Position numbers and translations under genes: made by a program. The notes beneath the pieces were generated by a model. It had not been told where the DNA came from and made no database searches. It was given only the letters and a program-made list of their open reading frames with translations. A DNA stretch of 62,381 nt, counting the filler, from Chrysochromulina tobinii (taxonomy: Eukaryota), in the NCBI GenBank assembly GCA_001275005.1. It is 4 parts of 4 records of this genome, joined end to end, with 100 filler letters (N's around TTAATTAATTAA, not from the genome) between each part and the next. Parts side by side here need not be neighbours in the genome. Positions count along the whole stretch, not along the records: positions 28,924 to 49,946 come from JWZX01001250.1; positions 50,047 to 62,381 come from JWZX01001254.1; 2 more parts are not named here. One strand, 5' to 3'. This document shows positions 43,904 through 54,088 of the stretch, piece by piece. How positions within the stretch are numbered: position 1 is the first letter of the stretch; every line of letters begins with the position of its first letter.

Positions 43904-44656
43904 ATGAAATCTGTTTTTGCACGTTTCTGTTTCTTCGAGAAGTCCGCAAACTTGAACCGAGTTTAGTCAAGTCCAGTCAAGTCAAGTCACTTGACTGGAC
44001 TTAGCCGAGTTTAGATGGTTTGACTTTCTCGGTGCGGCGAAACACAATGGGGAAAACAAGGGGGGGATTCAACTGGATGTCAAGGGCTGGATGTTCGGTG
44101 GTCTACATGTACCTGCAGGAGCAGAGGAGCTCGTGTGCAGGACCACGGAGAGTTAGAGCGACCGCCGTTGACCACCGTGGTAGCGCTGCGTCCTGCGAGC
44201 GCCACGCGCTGACGCGTTGCCCAACCAGACCCGTCGTAGATAAGTCTGGTGGGACCGACAGCGCGACAGGCGCAGTGCAGCGCTCCCCGCTACATGTAGC
44301 CACGAACCATTGAGACCCTAGATGGATTTGCCTGGCACGTCAGCAGCCTAGCTTCAAGCTTGGAGCGTGCGGCACTTTCTACACATGTATATAAACAGTG
44401 AACACCTCCCTTGGACTAGAACTTCGAACGAGCCACCGACGGCCTCCCCCCCAGGCATTCAGTCACAAGGAGTAGAATGTTTTGGAGCTTGAAGTTTTTG
44501 CTCTAGCTACATGTACATACACGACGCACTCCCTTTTCTTCACGTTCACGTCCAATTTGTTCAGCCCCATCTCCCCTGGCCCAAAATCGCGTCCTGAATC
44601 GACCCCAGCGTGTGCGTGCGCCGTCCGTGCGTGCCGCTCGTCAGCGCCAGCGCCTC

Positions 44657-45277
44657 ATGGCACTTCTTTCCAGGTCTGCTACCGCGAATGTCCCCAGCAG
44701 CCTGGGAGCGACGAGCAGCTCAGCGAATGCCACCAAGATCGCCAAGGTCTCCGTGCGTCGCGTGGCCGGCCAGCCTTTTGGCGTCATGCTGTCTGACCCT
44801 GAGAAGTCGATCACCGTGACCGGCGTCCAACTTGCCTACTTAGGAGCGGGTGTGTTCGCGAAGGCGGGCCTGCAAAAGAGGGATGTGCTCATGAGCATTA
44901 ATGGTAAGCCGTGCGATCAAGGTCACGAGGCGGCCAGCAAGCAGCTCAGCGCGCTCGTTGGCGAGGTGATCGTTACCGTCTATCGGCCGCCACCCACTCG
45001 ATCATTGACCAACAGCGTCTTGAGCGTCTTCTCGAGGAAATCCGACGACTCGGTCGGGTTTACGCCAACGGCGGTTTCGGCGGCGGAGGAGGAAGTGAGA
45101 CGGGAGGAAGCGGCCAAGTTGCTGCAGGCACACATTCGTGGCCACAAAGCGCGGGCATCTATGCCCGACGGGGAGATGCCCGACGGGAAGATGCCCGCCT
45201 TCATCGGTGCGCCCGCCTCCGTGCCCGGCTGGCTTGCACGCTGTCTCGCGCCGTGCCTCGGCGGCGGCAAGAGGTGA
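44657..45277 (+). CDS. Small PDZ-domain protein with an IQ motif
   Basis: PDZ pattern QPFGVML...AKAGLQKRDVLMSINGKP...HEAA..L...V.VTV. IQ motif AAKLLQAHIRGHKAR. C-terminal CLAPCL. Confidence 0.8.
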   Translation: MALLSRSATANVPSSLGATSSSANATKIAKVSVRRVAGQPFGVMLSDPEKSITVTGVQLAYLGAGVFAKAGLQKRDVLMSINGKPCDQGHEAASKQLSALVGEVIVTVYRPPPTRSLTNSVLSVFSRKSDDSVGFTPTAVSAAEEEVRREEAAKLLQAHIRGHKARASMPDGEMPDGKMPAFIGAPASVPGWLARCLAPCLGGGKR

Positions 45278-45969
45278 AGGAGCGCCTATGACTTCCGAGT
45301 TCCCAATTTCAAATTTGAAGGACGGGCTCCTGCCTTCACCTTCCGGGGTCACGGTCGACGGTACACGGTGGCCGGTGGGCTCTGCTTATTTCAGTTTGCA
45401 TGCCGTGGTGGTGTGGTGCTAAACGTGATGCTGCAATACTCGCTGCAATCATCGATGGTCATCGCATGCACAGCGTCGCATGAACGCGTTGCCTCTGAAC
45501 GCGGGCGTGTGTACGGAACGGAATGACGCGGCTACCAAGTTACCATCGCGCATCGGCTACGCGGTAACTATGGCGGTCGTCGTGTCCCTGTGCTTAACCG
45601 CCGGTGCGAGCCGGCGCGGGTGCGTCGGGTGGGTGTGTTAACACTGAACATGGACTTAGCGTGTTGCTGGCGAGGCCGTTTTGCTTTTACGTTTTTGGCC
45701 GCGAGGTCGGAGGTCGTGGTCGAAACGACAAACGGAAACGTATCACCGTGACCATGTGAGAGTGAGAAAATTACAAGAGAATTACTAACATACCGGCGAG
45801 ACACGCTGCACAGCGGTGACAGCTGCGCACTGGCCCGCACCCGGGGCCCGGGCTCGCGGTCCGGCGCGGCCCTGTCATGGCCCGTCCTGCGTGCGTACCA
45901 CACAATGTAGTATGAAGTATAGTATCAAGTATGACAGCGTGCCTATCAGTGCTCGAATGAGCGCTAGCA

Positions 45970-46395
45970 TCAACGAGGGAAAACGCTAGCCGGAGAAGTT
46001 GCTGCCTTCGCAGCTTGTCGCGCGGCAGCGGCCTCCTCATAGCCAGGCGGTTGCGGGTAGAAGGAACGCTGGGCTGCGCCAATCTTCTGTGCAGTTTCAT
46101 CGTCTAGCCCGCCACCGAAAACGAGTGCTCCGATGACAACTGCCCAAATCACCTTCGACTCATTCTCCCCGATCCCAAGACTGCCACGCCGGTAACCATC
46201 CGTATCCGTTGAGCCGAGGCCGGCAAAGTCCAGGCTAGACGAGCTCAACTTCTTCTTTTGCACAGGCTTCTTGGCCATTGCGACTATGGCATGTGCGCGT
46301 GCCGTCGGTGCCATCGCCGCTCTTGTTAGTGCATAGGACGAAACCGTCGGGAAGAAGAGCAGGAGCGCTGCCGGCAGGACTGACAGGAATTGCAT
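45970..46395 (-). CDS. Small putative plastid-targeted protein with one TM helix
   Basis: Signal peptide MQFLSVLPAALLLFFPTVSSY plus transit-like ALTRAAMAPTARAHAIVAM. Hydrophobic VIWAVVIGALVFGG. Confidence 0.65.
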   Translation of the reverse strand: MQFLSVLPAALLLFFPTVSSYALTRAAMAPTARAHAIVAMAKKPVQKKKLSSSSLDFAGLGSTDTDGYRRGSLGIGENESKVIWAVVIGALVFGGGLDDETAQKIGAAQRSFYPQPPGYEEAAAARQAAKAATSPASVFPR

Positions 46396-46701
46396 GAAAT
46401 TCTTCAGAACGAGAGCTTTGCGCCCGTCCCTGCGTGTCACACTCGTAGTGGGCCCACGGGAGTGCGGTACGTTAGGAAATGACCTTTTTCACGCGAAGTA
46501 CCGGGTACGTAAATGAACGGTCCGGCCGCAGGAACTGCGGCGTGCGTACGCTCGCGGCACGCAGTGCCGAGTAGCCGGATTCCCGGAATGGACCAAACTT
46601 ATGTTCCGATAGTCTGAACCCGACAACATAACTTTTCCTCGCGGAACGGACCCACACTCGCGTCCAGCCAGCCACACTGCAAAGCGCGGTGCGTGCAGCA
46701 C

Positions 46702-49700
46702 ATGTTTCCTCAGCTTGCGGGATCACCTGCCGTTGCAGAGCACTCCGAGGATTCGCAGTCGCGACAGCGAACCCCGTCTGTGGCGCTACCTTTGGTTGTA
46801 CCATATCCGCCGCCCTCGTCTCCCTTAGCACGTCGGTCGAGGACGCCCTTGTCCAGGAGTTATATGGGATCCCGAGGTCGAGCGGATGCCACTACACTAC
46901 AGGGTCTGCCGCCGATGCGCGAGGGGCCCTATCTCGAAAGTTCCGAGATTCCGCCGTCATCCTCGGATTCAGTTACTGAGCAGCTTCTGGAGATGGACCG
47001 TCGCCACCGTGAGGAAGTCGCGGCGTTGAATGCAAAGCACGAGGAGGCTGTGCGGCACATACTTCGACAGAAGGCTTTAGAATCTCAAAAACAAAGCCTG
47101 AACGCTCCTTTGTCGGCGGTTCGATTTGCACCAGAGGAAGAGCTTCCGAGCCATACTGCCGACGCCTCCGCTGCACCGGCTGTGGCAATAGCACAGCAAG
47201 AGAGGATGGTACTGGCAAGGGATGAGGCGGTGTTGATGGCCCAGCTCGCGAATGGTTTGGCGGCGGCCGCCGCGGCGGAGGCCGCCGACGTGGAGGCCAT
47301 CAAATTGGAGGCCATCAAATCGGAGGCCGCCGAGGCGGAGGCCATCAAGGCGGAGGCCACCGAGGCGGAGGCCATCAAGACGGAGGCTGCCAAGGCGGAG
47401 GCCATACAGGCGGAGGCCGCGGCAGTGGCCGAGATGGCGGCGTGGGACTCGGTAGCGGTCGAGAAGGCGGCGGCTCAGAAAGTGGCGGCTGAGAAGGCGG
47501 CCTCCGATGCCGCCGAGGCGGAGGCAACAACGACTCCATCGGCGGTGGCCATGACATCAGATGCTCTGAGATGGAGCCCAGAGATCGAGATGGCATCTGG
47601 CAAGGAGCTGGCGTCCTCGTGGACTCCACAGCAAGTTGCATCTGCGCGACGCACGAGTGTCTTGGCGGACAGGCTAGTGGCGGCATTCAACGACGCTGAA
47701 GACGATGACCTCCGCATTATCGCCCTCAACTCACTGTATGAGGCTGCACATGACGCCTACGGTGCCGATGCCGCCGCAACTGCCGCAGCTGTGCGCAAAG
47801 GTGGTGCGATCGATGGTCTGACCAAGTGCATCGAGTCAAACTCAGCCGAGCTGCAACAACTCTCCCTGGCGTTACTAGGCAACCTGCTAACCGATGCGTT
47901 TGATGCGAGTGCAAGACTCTCACTCGCGCTGTTTGTCGAGTCCGGCGGTCTGATTGTGTTGTTGCGCGTGCTGCATGCTGAACATCCGTTGGTCGTCTTC
48001 ACATTGGCGGCGCTTCAGAATGTGACATCACTTGGTTCGCGACAGATTTGCCTGAAGGTACGAGAGCTAGGCTTTGAGAAGGAGTTGATAGTGCTCAAGA
48101 AGGCGTTGAAGGACGAGGACGAGACGGTCTCTGACTACATCACCGCTGTGCTGTCGAATCTGCGCCTCTTGGCACCCGATACAGCCACGGTCGATAGCGA
48201 TCCCGCCCTCGAGGAGGCCATCCGCATGCGCCGCCTTAAGTCAGTTGCTAAGACGATCAAAAGTCTCAATGCTGCGACCATGATGCAGCGACTCGGGAGA
48301 CGCTGGATTCGGCGCCATCGAGCAAAGCAGGCCAACAAGGCGAAGGCTGCCGAGGCGGCTGCCGCTGACGGGAAGGTGGCGGCGGGAGCAGAGGCGGCAG
48401 TAGAGGCTGAGACGATTGCGGAGCAGGACGCAGCCCAGCTTTCGAACGGTGAGGAGGCATTCGCCGAGGCGACGAGCGACGCGCCAGCGATGAGCGGAGC
48501 GTTGGCAGCGGTCGCCGCCGCCTTCGGGCTGCCCGCCCTGCTCGCAGTGCTTCGCAAGAAGAGCAGTAGCGATGAGGACCAGGGCGGTGCGCTGCGCCAG
48601 CTCGCGCAGGTCGTCAACGACAGCTATGACAGCGAGGCGGTCGCGCTTTGCGAGTACCTGCGCGCCGCGGGCGGCGTGAAGCTCATCGTCAGGCTGCTTC
48701 GTAGCCCCATTCCCACAGTCCACCAGATGGCGATAATGCTGGTAGGCAACCTCGCGTCCTTGGCTGTCGACCCTCACGCTACGAAATCCAAGGATGTGCT
48801 CAAGGCTGAGGGCGCCTTCAGCCTGCTGTTGCCGTACATGTTTTCCGAGGACGACATGACGCTCGCGTATACGTTGGGCGCGCTTCAGAACGTGTGCACT
48901 GAGATCGAGTACGTCGAGCAGCTGGAGAAGGCAGGCGGGCTCGAGCGACTTCAGGCACTTATTGAGCGCAAAGACCGGCAGCTCGAGTCATTTGTGCGCG
49001 GGTGCCTTAGCAACGTGCGGACGACCAAGGTGAGGACCACCGCCGCGACTCTGAGTGCCCCCTCTAAGTGCCCCATCCTTGTGCTCTCTGAGTACCTCAT
49101 GTGCCCCTCTGATAGCCCCTATGATTGCCCCTCTGAGTGCAGGTGGTGGCGGCCCTCAAGCGGCGCGTCGCGGAGCGTGAACACTTCTCAGCCACTACCA
49201 TGCAGGCGCATGCCCGCAGATGGGTGGCGCGTCACCGCGCGAGGAAGCAGCGCGAGGAACTGGATGAGGCACTGAGACGCAAACAGCAGGAGGCGCAAAA
49301 ACCCTTGATACCGGAGCGCATTCCTGCCATGGGATCTCTCGGAAAGCCAGGTCGACGCGCAGCTTCCCCAAGCAGGCTCACCGATGCGTTCAACCTGGAG
49401 GCGCTGCTGTCTTCAGCAACTAGCCCCAACACCGTCACTGCACGGCCTCTCGTCAAGACAGTTCTAGGCCCATTGATCTTCGACGGCGAAAGTGTTCAGG
49501 AGCGTATTCGTCGAGCCCGTGGGAGAAGACCTCGAGAGAGATCTCGAGATAGGCTGGGTGCCTCTTTGCTTTTGATGGAGAACAATGCCGGTGAGATGAC
49601 GATTCAGGAACGCATTCCAAGGCGATTGGAGAACGGCAACGCTCACCCATTACCGACCGCGACAAGGATCGCATCATTCACTAGCATAGCACAGCCATAG
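46702..49700 (+). CDS. Armadillo-repeat protein with two ARM blocks, each followed by an IQ-like motif (~961 aa); intron 49030-49142
   Basis: ARM signatures GAIDGL..C, LALLGNL, LAALQNV, GGVKLIVRLL, MLVGNLA, LGALQNV. IQ-like AATMMQRLGRRWIRR and SATTMQAHARRWVAR. The GT-AG intron is in phase. Confidence 0.8.
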
Positions 49701-49946
49701 GGACACACTGAATACTCGTACATAAACATGTTACATCGAACATCCGATTTCCGAGTGCGATTCGGCCGTAGCCCATCTTTATCTTGTGGTTGTAGTTTCC
49801 GGCCAAGGCAAGCTCAAAAGAACTCAAAAGCCCCAAGGCCAAGCGATCGCTATCTGACGGTTTCTTCTGCTTCAGATTTGTCTTCTCGCCGAGGAGCGAG
49901 TTAACAGTGAAGGGCGGTTGGGCTGGGGTGAAGGTAACCCCGGCGA

Positions 49947-50046
49947 NNNNNNNNNNNNNNNNNNNNNNNNNNNNNNNNNNNNNNNNNNNNTTAATTAATT
50001 AANNNNNNNNNNNNNNNNNNNNNNNNNNNNNNNNNNNNNNNNNNNN
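49947..50046. other. Artificial contig-join spacer
   Basis: 100-nt N block with TTAATTAATTAA. Confidence 0.97.
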
Positions 50047-50156
50047 TGCATCACGGTGCATCATCTCGCTATTACTGCGTATTACCGATGGTAATCAAGT
50101 TGCCCCGCTGACGCGAGAGCACCCCCGTCGCCGTTACACCCCCGTCGACTACCCTT
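50047..50156 (+). repeat. Dispersed repeat, copy 2
   Basis: Matches 12583-12695. Confidence 0.85.
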
Positions 50157-51814
50157 GACTCATCATTCATGAAGCCTTGTGAAGTGAGATTGTCTCCTAC
50201 CGTCTACGAGAGGGCGCGGTAAAGGGTAACGCAACGGGCAAACGGCTATTGAAAGGGCTCCTGGGATGAGCGCGGACGAGCCGCCCCCCGACCTGTGAAG
50301 CTGATCAGTGATCACCTTCCGCGTCCCGGGCCTAAGATGTCGGTGAAGTTTCTCATACCGTACCATACTATATACACTAGGTATTATGTTTATGAGTTTT
50401 TTGCATCGGCAGTAGTTAAAGTAGACTTAATAGACGGCGGACTCTCACGTGCCATTCTGATTCTCGCGGTCGAGTAGAGAGTAGAGTCTGTATTGATCTA
50501 TTGAACAACAAGGACGTAGGGGTAGGCCGGTATAGGCCGGCCGCGGCCCGGCCCCGCGAGCTCTCCTCGGGCGAGGGCTGGGGACCCGCTTTTCTTTTCG
50601 TCTCTCTATACAAAAACTTGCACCCGGACCCGGTCAGCGGAAACCGCGGACGCCACCTATGGACGCCTCCCACGCAGCCGGGCGGGTCGGCGGCGGGCGC
50701 AGGCCTGCGGCGCACGGTGCGAGGCAGCCTCTGTGGGTTACGCACACGCACCAGGCGGGGAGGCGACGATGGCGGGGCGCGGCGCGTGGAGACTAGATGG
50801 CGGAGCGCGGCACGTGGAGACATTCGCGCCATCGTCGCCTCCCCCGGTTCTGGATGCCGTCCCACATCGCCTTGCCATGCGCCGACGCTTCCTTTTGCTA
50901 CCGTGCCCGTCGGGGCGGCGTTGGAGACGCCGGCGGCATCGAACCTGCGTGCACCGACGCGCCCGATGGCGCGCGCCCCCGTGGGGAACGCAAAGACGCA
51001 CTCGACACCGTCGCATTACATGTACGACGGTGTCGAGCACAAATGGTGGCTTCCATCGCCGCCGCCGCCGCCGCCTCCGTGGGCGTCAAGCCGCAGGCCG
51101 AGGCACCACATTCGGCGCCGGTTGCGCCGCGCAACGCGCTGCGTCGGCGCCTTCGCCGCTGCACCTGCACAGCACGCGCGCGCGCTCCGCGCCATCGATC
51201 CGTGCTGCGGGCACGAGCTGGCCCGATTGAGAGTCCGAGCGCAGCTCCTCCGTAGCGCGCGCGCGTCAAGGCGCGCGGCGAAAGGGGCGGGCAGGTCGAT
51301 GGTAAATGGAGAGATGGTTGGGAGCAGCGCCGTCCTCGCCTGGAACAGGCCGCAGCGGGGCGGAGGACGCGCGCATCGCGCGATGGCAAAAAAAGGTTGA
51401 GGACGCACGGACGCACGAATTAAAGGGGGGCCGAGCCAGTACCCTGAAAGGCTGCTGCGCTCGCCTTTTTCAGGGTCCCCAGGATTTTTTGGGGCACGCA
51501 TTCTTGGGGCAGGCCTTCAAGCGCGTAGCGGAGGCCGCTCATGCGCGACGCAGCAAATCGCCCCGCCGACGCGCGCCCCGGCCGGCCGCGGGCCCACCGC
51601 CGACGCACTCCATAGCCTGCACGCGCGCTCGCGCAGTCACCATGGCCACCGTGCGGCCACGTAACTCCTGAATCACTCCAGGCTGCTGGCAAGCTGCCGT
51701 GCGCCACGACACTGTCGTCTCTCGACACCGCCGTCGTCACGCGACGGCGGCGTCGAGTGACTTATTTTGCGTTCCCTTCGGGGGGCGCGTCGACGGGCGC
51801 GTCTCTACACCTCC

Positions 51815-52175
51815 GACTCCCTCTGCGACGACGGCAGCCCCGGCGCCGAGTACACAGACTGCATCTACGGCTCCGACTGCCCGGACTGCGGCCCGCGCAT
51901 GCCGGCCGCCGCCCCGATGGCGACCTGCACCAAGGACTGCATCGGAATGCCCTCGTACGCCTCGGACGGCGATTGCGACGCCGGCGGCCCTGTGGCGCCG
52001 AGTACCTAGGTTGCCAGCTCTGCACCAGTCGGCACCGACTGCGCGTGCGCCGACTGCGGCCCGCGCTTCCCGCCTCCTCCACCCATCTGCGCCGAGACGT
52101 GCAACTGGGCTTCCGACGCCGATTGCGAAGAGCCGAAGACGGCGGCCCCGGCTCGGAGTTCCGCCCGGCCCCGGG
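51815..52175 (+). pseudogene. Decayed Cys-rich repeat gene (CDDGGPG.E...C..G.DC.DCG.R units)
   Basis: Three units: LCDDGSPGAEYTDCIYGSDCPDCGPR; CTKDC...ASDGDCDAGGP/GAEYLGCQL/GTDC/DCGPR; CAETCNWASDADCE/DGGPGSEF. They are broken by small insertions and frameshifts. Confidence 0.65.
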
Positions 52176-53060
52176 TCCAATAGTGTTAATAAGGTGTGTG
52201 TGCCGACCAGTAGAGAACTAAACGGTCTTCTGTCTCGCTACTCACCACCGAAACCAAACGAAACGACAAACGGGGGGGCTTCGGAGGAGCCCCCTAAACA
52301 TTAAAAAGTCGAGCGCTTCCTCGAGCAATCCAAATTTTTTCAAAATGACGTCGCGCGGGGTCTCGACGCCTGTCGAACCGCCTCAAACGTATGACTTTTC
52401 GTTGGATGCGCAGTAGGACGACGACGGCGCCATCGTCTTCCATCCACATCGCGCCGACCTCATGCGCGAGACGACGTTGAAGGTAAAGCAAGCCAAGCTC
52501 GAGACCAATGCTGCCAGCGATGCGAAAGAGGCCGCTCACGTGCGCGGGCGGAGGCCTTGAGCAAGGAGCTGAAAGCGGCGAAGGACGGTGCCGTTCGAGC
52601 ACGTCTCCGTGGAGCTGCGCTCTACGAGGACAACATCAACCAGAAGAAGGAGAACAAGGAAGGAGCTCGAGAAGAAACGCGAGGCAGCGCTCGTGGATGC
52701 GCACATTTTGCGGCAGAGTACACAGATGTGAAGCCGCCGCGCGCACACTGCGCGGTTGCAACCGGTGCTGGACCGTCATTTAGAGCCTTCGACGAAGTGC
52801 CAGACGATGCGTTTCAGATTATTGAGCAGCGAAGCTTGCTCAAGTGCATCCTGACCCAGAAATGCTGACGCAGAAATGCTTCTTCCGTGTTTGCCCCTTC
52901 TTCTGCAAACCAGCAGCATACCAGCCCCCCTATCAGAACTGATCTCCAGCGTGGTACGTGTCATCCGGTGTGTTTTGTGTGAAGTGCCCCAACAATTCTG
53001 ACCCAACAAATCTGACCCAGAAAACCTGACCCAACAAACAATACACTTCCCTGGCGAGCC

Positions 53061-54014
53061 ATGTCGTCGCCCTCGTCGACTTCTCTCGGGCAGCAGCCGC
53101 TTGCCGCACTGATCAGCGCAGTCGAGCAGCGGTTCGCTACCGCCACCCACGCTGAGATATCCTCTGCTGAGGACGCGCTCGAGCGTCTCGAGCTGCTGTG
53201 CGCGTCGCAGCGACGCAGCCTCCAGAGGATGGAACGCAATGGCGGCGACGGTAAGCTCGATCTCTCTGCAGCAACCACACTGGCAGCGGCTGGCAAGGGT
53301 GCCTCTTCCGCTGTGGACAGCGCGGTGCAGGTCAATACCAACGACCTGCGCCTGGCGAGCCGCCCGTTCAAGCACAAGAACCTTGCCGGCATCACTCAGG
53401 TGGAGGCCGAGTTTGACGGTCTGCGCCAGTTTATGGCCAAGGGAGCCGCGCCGTTGACACCAGCTCCCAGCCAGCTGCCCGCGGTGCCCGCGAACTCAAG
53501 GCCCGCGGCGCATGAGAAGCGCGCAGTCGCCCGGGCAAAGACGTCGGGCAAGTTGAACCGCAAAGATGACAGTGATCCGACCCCCAAGGAGACGGCGGAG
53601 CGGATCCTAAGCCTCATCGAGCGGCTCGCGCTCTCGCCACGTTGTACGACGCCCGGCACGGCGCCGAGCTCATGGCATCCGCCGGCGATGGCCCCCGGCT
53701 CGTGGCACCCGAATGCGGGCTGGCAGCCGCGCTACGCGGCGCTGCGAAGTCCCGGTGAGGTGAGAATCGCACCACAGTCCGGTGACACGACAATCGGCTC
53801 GCCTAAGACGGTGCTGGCCGCGGTGCCGCGCCCGCTCAAGGCGATCATCGATCGGGCCGCGTTGGGCGCCGCCGAGGCCGAGGCGCAGCGCAAGCGCGGC
53901 AGCATCGCATCGGAGCCCAAGCCACATGACTTCGCGGCGGCCTCTGGCCGAGCCGCGACCGCCGCCGCGAAGCACGTCGACCGCCTAGCACCCCCTTTCG
54001 ACTTTAGGAATTAG
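53061..54014 (+). CDS. Hypothetical protein (317 aa)
   Basis: ATG ORF with GC3-rich codons, convergent on the JmjC gene; no domain recognised. Confidence 0.55.
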   Translation: MSSPSSTSLGQQPLAALISAVEQRFATATHAEISSAEDALERLELLCASQRRSLQRMERNGGDGKLDLSAATTLAAAGKGASSAVDSAVQVNTNDLRLASRPFKHKNLAGITQVEAEFDGLRQFMAKGAAPLTPAPSQLPAVPANSRPAAHEKRAVARAKTSGKLNRKDDSDPTPKETAERILSLIERLALSPRCTTPGTAPSSWHPPAMAPGSWHPNAGWQPRYAALRSPGEVRIAPQSGDTTIGSPKTVLAAVPRPLKAIIDRAALGAAEAEAQRKRGSIASEPKPHDFAAASGRAATAAAKHVDRLAPPFDFRN

Positions 54015-54088
54015 ATGCTTCAGTCGATGCTTCAGTGCTACTCATTTCTCGTTTCAAAGAAACACTCGCTCACTGTCAGCAACTCGCT

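Noticed and set aside
43654..43960. Coding-looking frame FIWDITAREELVEELLRALRRK
   Set aside because: No ATG, flanked by stops and cannot be joined convincingly to the downstream ORF.
50163..51700. Several overlapping GC-rich ORFs (up to 299 aa) as a transposon or gene
   Set aside because: No transposase, RT or other domain motifs; Arg/Ala/Pro-rich translations typical of non-coding GC-rich DNA.
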